64,000 nt of DNA from an uncultured Gammaproteobacteria bacterium (GTDB taxonomy: Bacteria; Patescibacteriota; Patescibacteriia; UBA9934; CAMTUG01), in NCBI GenBank assembly GCA_964588955.1, contig CAZPQJ010000006.1, forward strand, positions 3,580-67,579, in the 5' to 3' direction. Made by a program: the position numbers and the translations under genes. Under the pieces are notes generated by a model. It saw nothing but the letters and a program-made list of their open reading frames with translations, was not told the origin of the DNA and did not search any database. Shown one piece after another: positions 9,030 through 17,659 of the stretch (position 1 is the stretch's first letter; every line of letters begins with the position of its first letter).

Positions 9030-10127
9030 CTATAAATTCACTTTTGTTGAACTAACACCCATGTTTCTTAAAATGGCCATCAGAACATTGACCACGATAC
9101 TATTACCAGCTTGTTTATACATTTGCGTGTCGCTGACGACAATTTTAAAACTATCATCAAAGCCCATCAATCTCAAGCACTCTCGCGGTGACAGCTTTCG
9201 TATCCCCCCGCTGCGAGTAATATAGTTATCTACTCCAGCCCGATGCATTTTAGCCATTGTCGCCAGCAGCGGCCGAGCGATGGCTAGATCTGTTTCCGGT
9301 TTACTGTAAAACTTTTTTGTTCCGCTCGCCAAAACATACTTTGTTACTTTATCTGAAAGGAAATACTTATCATCAACTTTTCCTGCGGGTTGAAAAACAA
9401 AATCACCATGCCAATTAAATTGTTGATTTGCTTTTTGACAAAGTGCGACTCTCCCGTTTATTTGCGTATACTTCTTATCAAGATTTTTTTGACTCGTTAC
9501 AAACTTAATGCCTTTTTCAGGTAAAAAATACTTTTGGTCATACGCATCATCGAGCAAGTCGTGCATGGTTATTTTTAACTCAACAGGGTCGGGAAACTTG
9601 AAGTCTTTATTCTTCCGAAAGCCTACCACAAAGAGTCTCTCCCGATTCTGTGGAATTCCATAATCTTTTGCATTCAGAACCTGGGGAAAGTAGGTGTACC
9701 CAAGTTCATCAAATGTATTTTGAATAACTTCCCACGTTTTTCCGCTATCATGACTTAGTAAACCTTTAACATTCTCAAAAATAAATGCTTTCGGTTTTAT
9801 TTCGTCTATCAGACGAGCAAATTCATAAAATAAGGTACCTCGCGCATCCTTAAATCCTCGCCGTTTCCCGACCATTGAAAATGACTGACAGGGTGAACCA
9901 CCCACAAAAAGATCGACTTTCCCAGTAAACTTTTTTCCATCTATCTCCTGAACAAGATCAAACCAACGGGAGTTATCAACATGGTAGTTAGCAAAAAAAC
10001 TCTTTTTTACGTGCGGATCATTATCACAAGCAAAAACGAGCTCATGCTTTACACGCATGCGCTTTAAGGCATGTTCAATTGCACCTATTCCGCTAAATGC
10101 TGTAGCTAGTCTCAACATAGTGATCAT
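9030..10127 (-). CDS. DNA (cytosine-5)-methyltransferase
   Basis: FSGIG (I), GGSPCQSFS (IV), ENVKGL (VI), PQNRER (VIII), LSPRECLRLMGF (IX), QAGNSIVV (X); start 10127 or 10118. Confidence 0.95.
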   Translation of the reverse strand: MITMLRLATAFSGIGAIEHALKRMRVKHELVFACDNDPHVKKSFFANYHVDNSRWFDLVQEIDGKKFTGKVDLFVGGSPCQSFSMVGKRRGFKDARGTLFYEFARLIDEIKPKAFIFENVKGLLSHDSGKTWEVIQNTFDELGYTYFPQVLNAKDYGIPQNRERLFVVGFRKNKDFKFPDPVELKITMHDLLDDAYDQKYFLPEKGIKFVTSQKNLDKKYTQINGRVALCQKANQQFNWHGDFVFQPAGKVDDKYFLSDKVTKYVLASGTKKFYSKPETDLAIARPLLATMAKMHRAGVDNYITRSGGIRKLSPRECLRLMGFDDSFKIVVSDTQMYKQAGNSIVVNVLMAILRNMGVSSTKVNL

Positions 10128-10190
10128 TAAGACTCTGATCTTAACAGTTTTAGGGATCTCTTACCAGACCCTCTGTTTTTTATAGAGCAC

Positions 10191-10267
10191 TGGTGGATCC
10201 GACGAGATTCGAACTCACAACTTCGGGTGGTAATCTTGATGAGGTTGCCATTTACCTCCACGGACCT
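10191..10267 (-). pseudogene. Degenerate tRNA-like element (77 nt; nominal anticodon UAC)
   Basis: UUCGAAU T-loop, ACCA end, D stem GAGG/CCUC, cloverleaf spacing fits; A.C mismatches at 1:72 and twice in the anticodon stem; C37. Confidence 0.55.
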
Positions 10268-10443
10268 GCTTCCTGTTTGAGTAAAACGAAAACAACGCCA
10301 GCACATTTCTGCACTGGCATTGTTTCAGCCACCTGAATTGTATTCGCGGAGCGAACCTCATCAAGGATGAATTTAGTAAATCACATTTAACTGACTTTGT
10401 CAATCGTCTTGTTGTGTATAAGCAGCCTTCTTGCTAGCATATC

Positions 10444-11001
10444 ATGCATATGATTCAATCCGTCACCGTTTTCTGTGCCTCTTCTCCCGCCGGTCCGCGC
10501 AAGGAAGAATACTTGGCACTGGCCGAACGCTTTGGTGCCTTGCTTGGCGAACATGGATTCACCTGTGTCAACGGAGGGAATCACGGCATGATGACGTCTG
10601 TCTCGCGTGGCGCGCATCAGGCGGGTGGAAAAGTGCACTGTATTCTTTTGAACGCTGAGCGATTTCCTTTGGAACATAACTTTCATCATCTTTTGGAAGA
10701 CTTTATTGAGTTGGTTCCACGCCAAGTGCGTTTGCTCGAGCTTGGCGATGCCTATGTGGCTTTGCCGGGAGGCGTCGGAACGTTGTATGAGGTGATGCAG
10801 GTGTTGGCCATGAAATCCTTAGACGAAATTGATCCGCAGAAGCTGTTGATTTGTGTCGGAGACACCTGGCGGCATTTTCAACAGCATCTACAGTCGATTG
10901 TCGAAAGTGGGCTGGTGTATCGTAATCCGCTCACGCATATCCACTTTGTCGACACGCCAGAAGAGGCGTTACAATTATTAGTTGCTCATCGTTCTTTGTA
11001 A
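10444..11001 (+). CDS. LOG family protein (lysine decarboxylase-like / nucleotide phosphoribohydrolase)
   Basis: VTVFCAS, NGGNHGMM, GGKV, AYVALPGGVGTLYE. Confidence 0.9.
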   Translation: MHMIQSVTVFCASSPAGPRKEEYLALAERFGALLGEHGFTCVNGGNHGMMTSVSRGAHQAGGKVHCILLNAERFPLEHNFHHLLEDFIELVPRQVRLLELGDAYVALPGGVGTLYEVMQVLAMKSLDEIDPQKLLICVGDTWRHFQQHLQSIVESGLVYRNPLTHIHFVDTPEEALQLLVAHRSL

Positions 11002-11069
11002 CCTGCTCTTGTTTTTCGGGGTAGAGAGAGCTAAGCTTTCCGTATCATTTTATTCTTGATCTGTCGTTT

Positions 11070-12032
11070 ATGCTTCGACGTTCACTGCTCGCTTTTGTTC
11101 TTCTCGCGCTTGTTGGTGCTGGCTGCACTTCTTCGCCAGTCTCTCCAAATACCGCAGGAGTGACCCCTCCCTCCAATGTGGCCACAAATACTGTTGTCCC
11201 GTCGACATTGGTTCCAACGAACACGGCTCCAACGACTCCAACGTCTTCTGCCTGCGCCACGCCCGTTTCTCCAAAAAATTTGAAAACCGGCGATGTGCTG
11301 GCGCTTGCCAAAGCGCAGCGCGCGTCGTCGTTTAGTGTCATTGATCAAGCGAACGCCTCGGTTATTTCTTTGGACGGAGGAAAATCTTATGCCGTATGGT
11401 GGGCGCCGCAAGGGTTTGACCCAAAGACAGGCCTCGTGTTAGTGGATTTGCATGGCCATGGAGAATTTGCTGCCAAAGCCTTTGAGGTATGGTATCCGGA
11501 ATTGAAGAAGAGAAACAACATGGCAATTCTGGCCGTCGAGTGGTGGTTTGGACGTTCACTTGAAAGCAATGGATATTATGAGCCGGAGATGATCGCCAAG
11601 GTTATGGAGGAAGGGTTGACCGCAGAGGGGGTCACTTCGCCGAATATTATTTTGCAAGGATTTAGCATGGGTTCCGCCCGGTCGTACGGCGTGACTGCTT
11701 GGGAACATGTTTGCGGCGCCGATCGCATTGCTGCCGTGATTTCCAACTCAGGTGAATGGCAAGACTCCTATCCGATCAATCAGGATATGATGAACGGGGT
11801 TTATGGAGAAAAGCCGTTAGCTTCCATTCCGTGGGTGTTGTTCTGTGGAGAGCAGGATTCAGAGCGCGAAGGAATTTGTGACAGTATGCGCACGCTCACA
11901 CAACCGCGTCTAGAGTCGTTGGGTGCCAATGTCTTGCAGCTCGTGACAGATCTGACAGGGAATCATGGTAGCTTTAATACCAATGCGTCCAATGCGGAAA
12001 AAGTTCTAGATATGGTTGTCGCGGCTTTGTAA
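11070..12032 (+). CDS. Lipoprotein, alpha/beta-hydrolase fold
   Basis: Lipobox VGAGC; LHGHG; GFSMGS nucleophile elbow; GEQD; C-terminal His. Confidence 0.75.
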   Translation: MLRRSLLAFVLLALVGAGCTSSPVSPNTAGVTPPSNVATNTVVPSTLVPTNTAPTTPTSSACATPVSPKNLKTGDVLALAKAQRASSFSVIDQANASVISLDGGKSYAVWWAPQGFDPKTGLVLVDLHGHGEFAAKAFEVWYPELKKRNNMAILAVEWWFGRSLESNGYYEPEMIAKVMEEGLTAEGVTSPNIILQGFSMGSARSYGVTAWEHVCGADRIAAVISNSGEWQDSYPINQDMMNGVYGEKPLASIPWVLFCGEQDSEREGICDSMRTLTQPRLESLGANVLQLVTDLTGNHGSFNTNASNAEKVLDMVVAAL

Positions 12033-12046
12033 GATCTTTTCAGAAG

Positions 12047-12075
12047 AAAAAACTCCTCATTGCGGGGAGTTTTTT
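12047..12075. terminator. Bidirectional terminator
   Basis: aaaaaactcctc-attgc-ggggagtttttt between convergent genes. Confidence 0.8.
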
Positions 12076-12084
12076 CGTTTCTGT

Positions 12085-14241
12085 TTATTTGATGTCAAAT
12101 TGGTAGACCGTATTGCCGGAGAGGACAGAGATTTTTTTGTTGGCTTCGTCAACGATCATCGATTTCAGGTCTGTGAACTGGTCGCTCATGTATTGGGTGA
12201 TCAGCGTTCCTTTTTCTTTGTCGAAGACGACGATGCGTTTTTCATTGGCGTCGAGAACGTAAAGACGGGTGGAGGTTTCGTTGGTCCAAAGATCTTTCGC
12301 GTTTAACAAGCTTGGTTCCACAATACCGGATTTCCACTCCGTTTCTTTGCCAGCCAAATAGCGTAAAATCGAACCGTCCGATTTTAAGATCCACACAAAG
12401 CCGTCAATCGTCATGGCTACGCCGTCGGAAACGGAAGAGACGCCGGAAATAATCCATCCGCTGCCGCCGTCAAAGCCGCTGGCCGTGCGTTGATGCTTAT
12501 AGATCTGCCCAGTTTCGGGGGAGAGGATGTACATTTTGGCACCGTAGTAGGCGAGGTCGATTCCTTTGCGGGCAGTAGAGAGGGGGGTGATTTCACCCGT
12601 GTCTGGCAAATAACGCACTAACCCTGTTTGATCGAGCCAATACATTGCCGTGTCGCTTACCGTAGTGGCGTTTGGCGCGCCAACGTCGCCCTTTTGGGTG
12701 TCGAGTTTGAGGAGGGATTGCGCGCCAGGATCAATAGCGTAGACGTCGCTCGTAGAAGTGACTCCGTACCACTTGCCGTTAAAGGACACCACGGTGGCGA
12801 GAGTTGTATCAGTCAATCCGGACGCGTCGGCAACCACGGTTGGTGTTACGGTAACCACATGACGCAGTTCGTTGCGCTTTTCGGTAATTTGTTGTTTGAG
12901 TTCATCGCGTTTCGTTTTGCGGGCGGAGGTGGTGTCGGAAAGCGTGTCGGCTAATTGCCAGGCTTCGTTCAAGAGCCCGCGCGCTTGTTCTTCGTCTCCA
13001 TAAATGAGGCTGGCAGAGGCGGTGTCAATTTTACTTTCCACGGCTTTGACCGACCCTTCGTAGGCCTGTTGTTCCGTCGCGTGCGCTTGCTGCCGATTTA
13101 TAAGTATAATTCCGCCTAAAAATACGGATCCCACTACGAGCAGGCCTAGTAGGGCGTACTTGCTGGTGCGGGGCAAGGCATTGAAGCGTTCGATGCTTGC
13201 ACGGATACTGCGATCCATCCGGGTTTGCAAATGTTTAATTCCTTCGGTGGCGCGTTTGGGATTTTTGACTGCGTAGACTGCCCCACGCGCGAGAGTGTGA
13301 AAGAATCCTAGAAGGATTTTCCCCGCGGTGACGATAACGACCATGATAAATCGCCAAAGAAAGCGTGCCATTTGTTTCAGCATTTTACGCCGGTCAGCAG
13401 AACCGCGCTTAGGAAACAGCATGAGCCAGAGTTTCATGGCAATGCTTTTGACCTCGGGCTTTTGATCGCTTAGCAAGCGGTCGGTGGTAGCACCAACGCG
13501 GTCAAGTTTTTTTATGGAAGCGTCGGCCGTGCGTTCGCTAACGAGTTTTGGTGTGTCCAGACTGTCGCATTTCACAACAACGGCTGCGAAGACTGTTTCG
13601 ATAGGTAAATATTGTCGCAATCGGCTGACGGAGCTTTGCGGTGGCAACGTCGTGATCACTTCGTTCAGCGTTGCTGCCGGTAAATCGTGACGGCTCATGC
13701 GCGTGCCTACGTAGAGCACGTCGCCGCGTTTTAGCTCACCGTCGAGCACGGTTAAATACGGTTTTTTCCAGCTTGGCGCTTCTTCTTCCACGCGCATGCC
13801 ACGGGTGAGATCATAAATATCGAATTGCTCTTTTTGGCTTTTATGCATGAACTGGGAGAGCAGGTTGCCAAATCCACTTAGCACTACCGAACCATTGCTC
13901 GCCACGCCAATGACACTCCCTGCATCGGCGATGGGGATGGCAAAATTACCTTCCTCACAAGCACGAGCGATGTCTTCATTTAACGCTTGCAGGAGTTGTT
14001 CGAAACGGTGGGTCAGATTGGTACCTGGCTCAATGGTGCTCGCCAAGCGTTCTAAGTGATTCTGCAGGATACCGGTGAACAGCTCGAACGCTTCTTTGGT
14101 GCCGAGCGCGTGGCTGACACCAAAAACAAAGCCGTTTTGCCCTTCCAACGGCAAAAGAACGGCGTGGGCGTGTTCCGACCCGCTTGAACCTTCTTCGCAG
14201 TATTGCGCCCCCTTCAAGATCTCCTGTTGTGAATCAGCCAT
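12085..14241 (-). CDS. Membrane protein: degenerate PP2C-like N-terminal domain, TM, coiled coil, extracellular beta-propeller (NHL-like)
   Basis: LDGELKRGDVLYVGT resembles a PP2C strand; TM near aa 365-385; IDGFVWIL and LYVLDANEKRIVVFDK propeller blades. Confidence 0.55.
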   Translation of the reverse strand: MADSQQEILKGAQYCEEGSSGSEHAHAVLLPLEGQNGFVFGVSHALGTKEAFELFTGILQNHLERLASTIEPGTNLTHRFEQLLQALNEDIARACEEGNFAIPIADAGSVIGVASNGSVVLSGFGNLLSQFMHKSQKEQFDIYDLTRGMRVEEEAPSWKKPYLTVLDGELKRGDVLYVGTRMSRHDLPAATLNEVITTLPPQSSVSRLRQYLPIETVFAAVVVKCDSLDTPKLVSERTADASIKKLDRVGATTDRLLSDQKPEVKSIAMKLWLMLFPKRGSADRRKMLKQMARFLWRFIMVVIVTAGKILLGFFHTLARGAVYAVKNPKRATEGIKHLQTRMDRSIRASIERFNALPRTSKYALLGLLVVGSVFLGGIILINRQQAHATEQQAYEGSVKAVESKIDTASASLIYGDEEQARGLLNEAWQLADTLSDTTSARKTKRDELKQQITEKRNELRHVVTVTPTVVADASGLTDTTLATVVSFNGKWYGVTSTSDVYAIDPGAQSLLKLDTQKGDVGAPNATTVSDTAMYWLDQTGLVRYLPDTGEITPLSTARKGIDLAYYGAKMYILSPETGQIYKHQRTASGFDGGSGWIISGVSSVSDGVAMTIDGFVWILKSDGSILRYLAGKETEWKSGIVEPSLLNAKDLWTNETSTRLYVLDANEKRIVVFDKEKGTLITQYMSDQFTDLKSMIVDEANKKISVLSGNTVYQFDIK

Positions 14242-14336
14242 ATGATGAGTTGACCAGACGCCTAAGAGTTTAGTACATTATACAGCACGGAGGACACCAG
14301 GCAATACACAAGCTGAATACATTTTTTATTCGCCCT

Positions 14337-14969
14337 ATGGCCAAGGAATCCTCAGCAAAGGGAGAGAAGGGAACAAGCTTTAAAATCGAGCGTATTTTTG
14401 GTTCCCAAACCCGAGCACGGCTGCTCCACCTTTTTTTGCATAACCCCAATGAGCAATTCTTTGTCCGTGAGATCGCCAGAAAGATCGATGCACAATTGAA
14501 TTCTGTTCGAAGAGAATTGGATAATTTGGTCGATTTCGGCATTTTGAAAGAAATGGTTAACCCCGACGATAAGGACAAGAAAAAGTTTTATACGGCGGAT
14601 CAAGAATTTGTGCTGTTTTCTGATCTGCGATCGCTGATGAAAAAAGTTCAGCTGATGATGAAACAAAATCTTGTTCATGAAATCGACGAAAACGGTAAGA
14701 TTGAATTATTGATTCTGACCGGTCAATTTGTGGATAACACCTCCATCCCGGTAGATATGTTGGTAGTTGGGCAAATGGAAGAGGAGACGTTGCAGAAGGT
14801 GTTAGTGGAATTTGAAAAAGAAGTTGGTCACGAGGTAAACTATACCGTAATGCCAAAGGAGGAGTACGTGTACCGCAAACAAGTTTCCGATCGGTTCCTT
14901 TATAGCATTTTAAATGCCGAGCACGTAACCATGATCGACCGTTTTTCGGGGAAGACCCCCGCACGTTAA
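14337..14969 (+). CDS. Winged-helix + nucleotidyltransferase-like regulator
   Basis: FGSQTRARLLHLF..FFVREIAR..LNSVRRELDNL; later VDMLVVG and EVNYTVM. Confidence 0.7.
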   Translation: MAKESSAKGEKGTSFKIERIFGSQTRARLLHLFLHNPNEQFFVREIARKIDAQLNSVRRELDNLVDFGILKEMVNPDDKDKKKFYTADQEFVLFSDLRSLMKKVQLMMKQNLVHEIDENGKIELLILTGQFVDNTSIPVDMLVVGQMEEETLQKVLVEFEKEVGHEVNYTVMPKEEYVYRKQVSDRFLYSILNAEHVTMIDRFSGKTPAR

Positions 14970-14976
14970 AGGTGGT

Positions 14977-15366
14977 ATGAAATTGCTCCTACGAGCGCAA
15001 GATATTACTTGGACAACCATCGGTTTTGATGACGGTCATGGAGAGCCCGTTTTTTTTCGTTTGGACACGCGGCCGGAAACAATTTTGAACACTGTGGTTA
15101 AATCGCTTGCAGATCGTGCCATTCCTTGGGATCATATAGAGAGTATCGCCGCGGTAGATGGTCCAGGGTCTTTTACGGCTTTGCGTTCTGCCATGACGAT
15201 CGTTGATGCAATCGCTTTCGCGCGAGGTATTCCTCTTGCGAAAGCCCACGCCCAACCGGACGAAGGAGACGCGCTCGTTATGCGGCGCCTCTCGAAGGCT
15301 CGACTTCGTCGTGGATGGATTGTGCCGCATTACGGACGCGCGCCGCACATTACGCGTCCACGTTAA
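14977..15366 (+). CDS. tsaB: TsaB-like (short) t6A biosynthesis protein
   Basis: IAAVDGPGSFTALR..DAIAFARGIP; ends PHYGRAPHIT. Confidence 0.75.
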   Translation: MKLLLRAQDITWTTIGFDDGHGEPVFFRLDTRPETILNTVVKSLADRAIPWDHIESIAAVDGPGSFTALRSAMTIVDAIAFARGIPLAKAHAQPDEGDALVMRRLSKARLRRGWIVPHYGRAPHITRPR

Positions 15367-15405
15367 AACTCACTTATTCGTCCGTTAATTCGTTAAACAT
15401 TTTTT

Positions 15406-16086
15406 ATGCCCGACGCTCTTACGATCGTCCAAACCGCTTTTGCGGATCTTTGGAGTTCCGTCCTCGGTTTCCTGCCACGTTTCCTTGGTGCGTTGATCAT
15501 CTTTTTGATCGGTGCGATCGTTGCCTCGTTGTTGAAGAAGTTAGTGATGCGTGTCGCTGATCTTCTGAAACTCGACATGTTGACCGAAAAGTTGGAAGTG
15601 AAACAAATGTTCCAAAAGGCCGGCATTCGTTTGCATGTTGGCGCTTTGCTTGGTTGGATTGTGAAGTGGTTTACCGTGGTGGTGTTTTTGATTGCCGCTA
15701 CGGACATTCTTGGTTGGAACGAAGTTACCAGCTTCTTGCAAGAAGTGGTCTTCTACTTGCCAAACGTGATCATCGCGGTGATCATTTTGTTGGTCGGTAT
15801 TTTGCTTGCTAACTTTACCCGCCGGGTGGTTAAGTCTGCTGTGGAAGCTGCCAAACTTGAGGCGGGAGACTTTTTGGCCAGCATCAGCCGCTGGGCGATT
15901 CTCATCTTCAGCTTCATGGCAGCCTTGGTGCAATTGCAGATTGCCGAAGATTTGATTCGTATTTTGTTCACTGGCTTGGTAGCCATGCTCGCCATCGCTG
16001 GTGGACTGGCCTTTGGTCTTGGAGGTAAAGAACATGCCGCACAAACGTTGACGAAGTTGCGCAAAGAGATGACCTCGGGAGAATAA
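15406..16086 (+). CDS. CmpX-like small mechanosensitive channel TM-helix repeat protein
   Basis: FLPRFLGALIIF and YLPNVIIAVIIL repeats; GLAFGLGGK. Confidence 0.8.
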   Translation: MPDALTIVQTAFADLWSSVLGFLPRFLGALIIFLIGAIVASLLKKLVMRVADLLKLDMLTEKLEVKQMFQKAGIRLHVGALLGWIVKWFTVVVFLIAATDILGWNEVTSFLQEVVFYLPNVIIAVIILLVGILLANFTRRVVKSAVEAAKLEAGDFLASISRWAILIFSFMAALVQLQIAEDLIRILFTGLVAMLAIAGGLAFGLGGKEHAAQTLTKLRKEMTSGE

Positions 16087-16165
16087 CGCCACATCTTGAT
16101 CGGACCGTCAAAATAGACTAGGATCAGGGCCTCGTGAAAACGGGGCCCTATCGCTACCCATTCTT

Positions 16166-17644
16166 ATGAATCACCAATACGGTCAGCATCGATGGCTAGA
16201 AATCATCCCCGGAGGATTGGTTTGGTTAACCTTTGTTTTGGCAATCGTTTGTTCATTCGTGGCTCCGCAAACGGCCATGGCGTTCATTATCATTTTTGAT
16301 TTATATTGGTTGTTCCGTGTCGTGTACTTTGTTTTTTACTTGCTTTGGTCGTGGCGCCGCTACCAGCATGATGTGGCTGTGGACTGGTTTGCGGAGTTGG
16401 AAAAGATCCCCAACTGGCGACGGGTGCATCATGTGGTGTTTTTACCAACATACAAAGAAGGCTACGAGATTTTGCGGTCTTCACTCACGGCTCTTACGGC
16501 CGTTCGTTATCCAAATGACCGAATGATTGTGGTGTTGGCCGGGGAGGGAAGAGACCATGCGAATTTTCAGCGCCACATTGAACGCTTGCGTCGCGAATTT
16601 GGCTCGCGGTTTTTGCGCTTGATCGTGACGGAACACCCGGTAGGATTGCCAGAAGAAATTCCCGGCAAAGGCTCTAATTTAAACTGGTCGGCGCGTCAGG
16701 TGCAGCCATTGTTGGAAGAGATGGGGATTCCGGTCGACGATATTATTGTTTCGGCATTTGATATCGACACGGTCGCCCATCCACAATACTTTGCCAGGCT
16801 GGCACAGTTGTATTTGACCGTGCCTAATCCCACCCGTTCTTCCTATCAACCGGTCACCACGTTTGCTAACACGATTTGGAGTGCCACCGCGCCCGTGCGT
16901 GTGGCGTCTTTTGGTACCACATTTTGGATGCTCACCGAACTCTCCCGCGCCGAGCGTATGTGGACTTTTTCTTCGCACAGCATGAGTTGGCGGATGCTGA
17001 TCGATGTGGGATTTTGGGAGAAAGATATGGTTAGTGAAGACAGCCGCATTTTTTTGCAAGGGTTGTTGAAATATCATGGTGATTATCGCGTGACTCCAAT
17101 TTTTTTGCCGGTAGCCATGGACGCAGTTTCTGGACCTACCTACGCGAAAAGTTTAATCGCTTTGTACAAACAACAACGGCGCTGGGCGTGGGGAGTGGAG
17201 CACTTTCCCTATATGGTGCCGCGCATGATGGCAGACAAACAGATGCCGCGGCGCGTCAAAATCAAATACATCTTTAATCATTTGGAGGGGATGTATACCT
17301 GGGCCACCGCTCCGATCCTCATTTTCATTTTGGGTTACCTGCCGCTGTATGTGGTGGGTCAGCAGCAAAGCGTGCTCACGGCGGCTACGCCGTTCACTTT
17401 GCAGTGGATTATGCGTTTCGCCATGGTGGGAGTGTTTGCTTCTGGTTTGCTGTCGATGACCATGTTGCCAGAACGTCCCAAGCATATTGGCTGGAAATCG
17501 TGGATTGTGATGATCGCTCAGTGGGGGTTGTTGCCGTTCACCTTTATTCTTTTTGGCTCCTTGCCAGCCATTGAATCCCAGACGCGGTTGATGTTGGGGA
17601 AATACTTGGGATTTACCGTTACCAAAAAAGATCGCAAAGTGTGA
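16166..17644 (+). CDS. Glycosyltransferase family 2, processive membrane type
   Basis: LPTYKE, GKGSN, FDID, SEDS, QQRRWAWG (D,D,D,QxxRW). Confidence 0.9.
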   Translation: MNHQYGQHRWLEIIPGGLVWLTFVLAIVCSFVAPQTAMAFIIIFDLYWLFRVVYFVFYLLWSWRRYQHDVAVDWFAELEKIPNWRRVHHVVFLPTYKEGYEILRSSLTALTAVRYPNDRMIVVLAGEGRDHANFQRHIERLRREFGSRFLRLIVTEHPVGLPEEIPGKGSNLNWSARQVQPLLEEMGIPVDDIIVSAFDIDTVAHPQYFARLAQLYLTVPNPTRSSYQPVTTFANTIWSATAPVRVASFGTTFWMLTELSRAERMWTFSSHSMSWRMLIDVGFWEKDMVSEDSRIFLQGLLKYHGDYRVTPIFLPVAMDAVSGPTYAKSLIALYKQQRRWAWGVEHFPYMVPRMMADKQMPRRVKIKYIFNHLEGMYTWATAPILIFILGYLPLYVVGQQQSVLTAATPFTLQWIMRFAMVGVFASGLLSMTMLPERPKHIGWKSWIVMIAQWGLLPFTFILFGSLPAIESQTRLMLGKYLGFTVTKKDRKV

Positions 17645-17659
17645 TAAACTGGTGGGTAC

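Noticed and set aside
10150-10267. Permuted or standard tmRNA gene
   Set aside because: The 3' end is tmRNA-like and a downstream GGGUCUG could pair, but there is no room for a tag-coding region before the MTase, and no suitable 5' end about 350 nt upstream.
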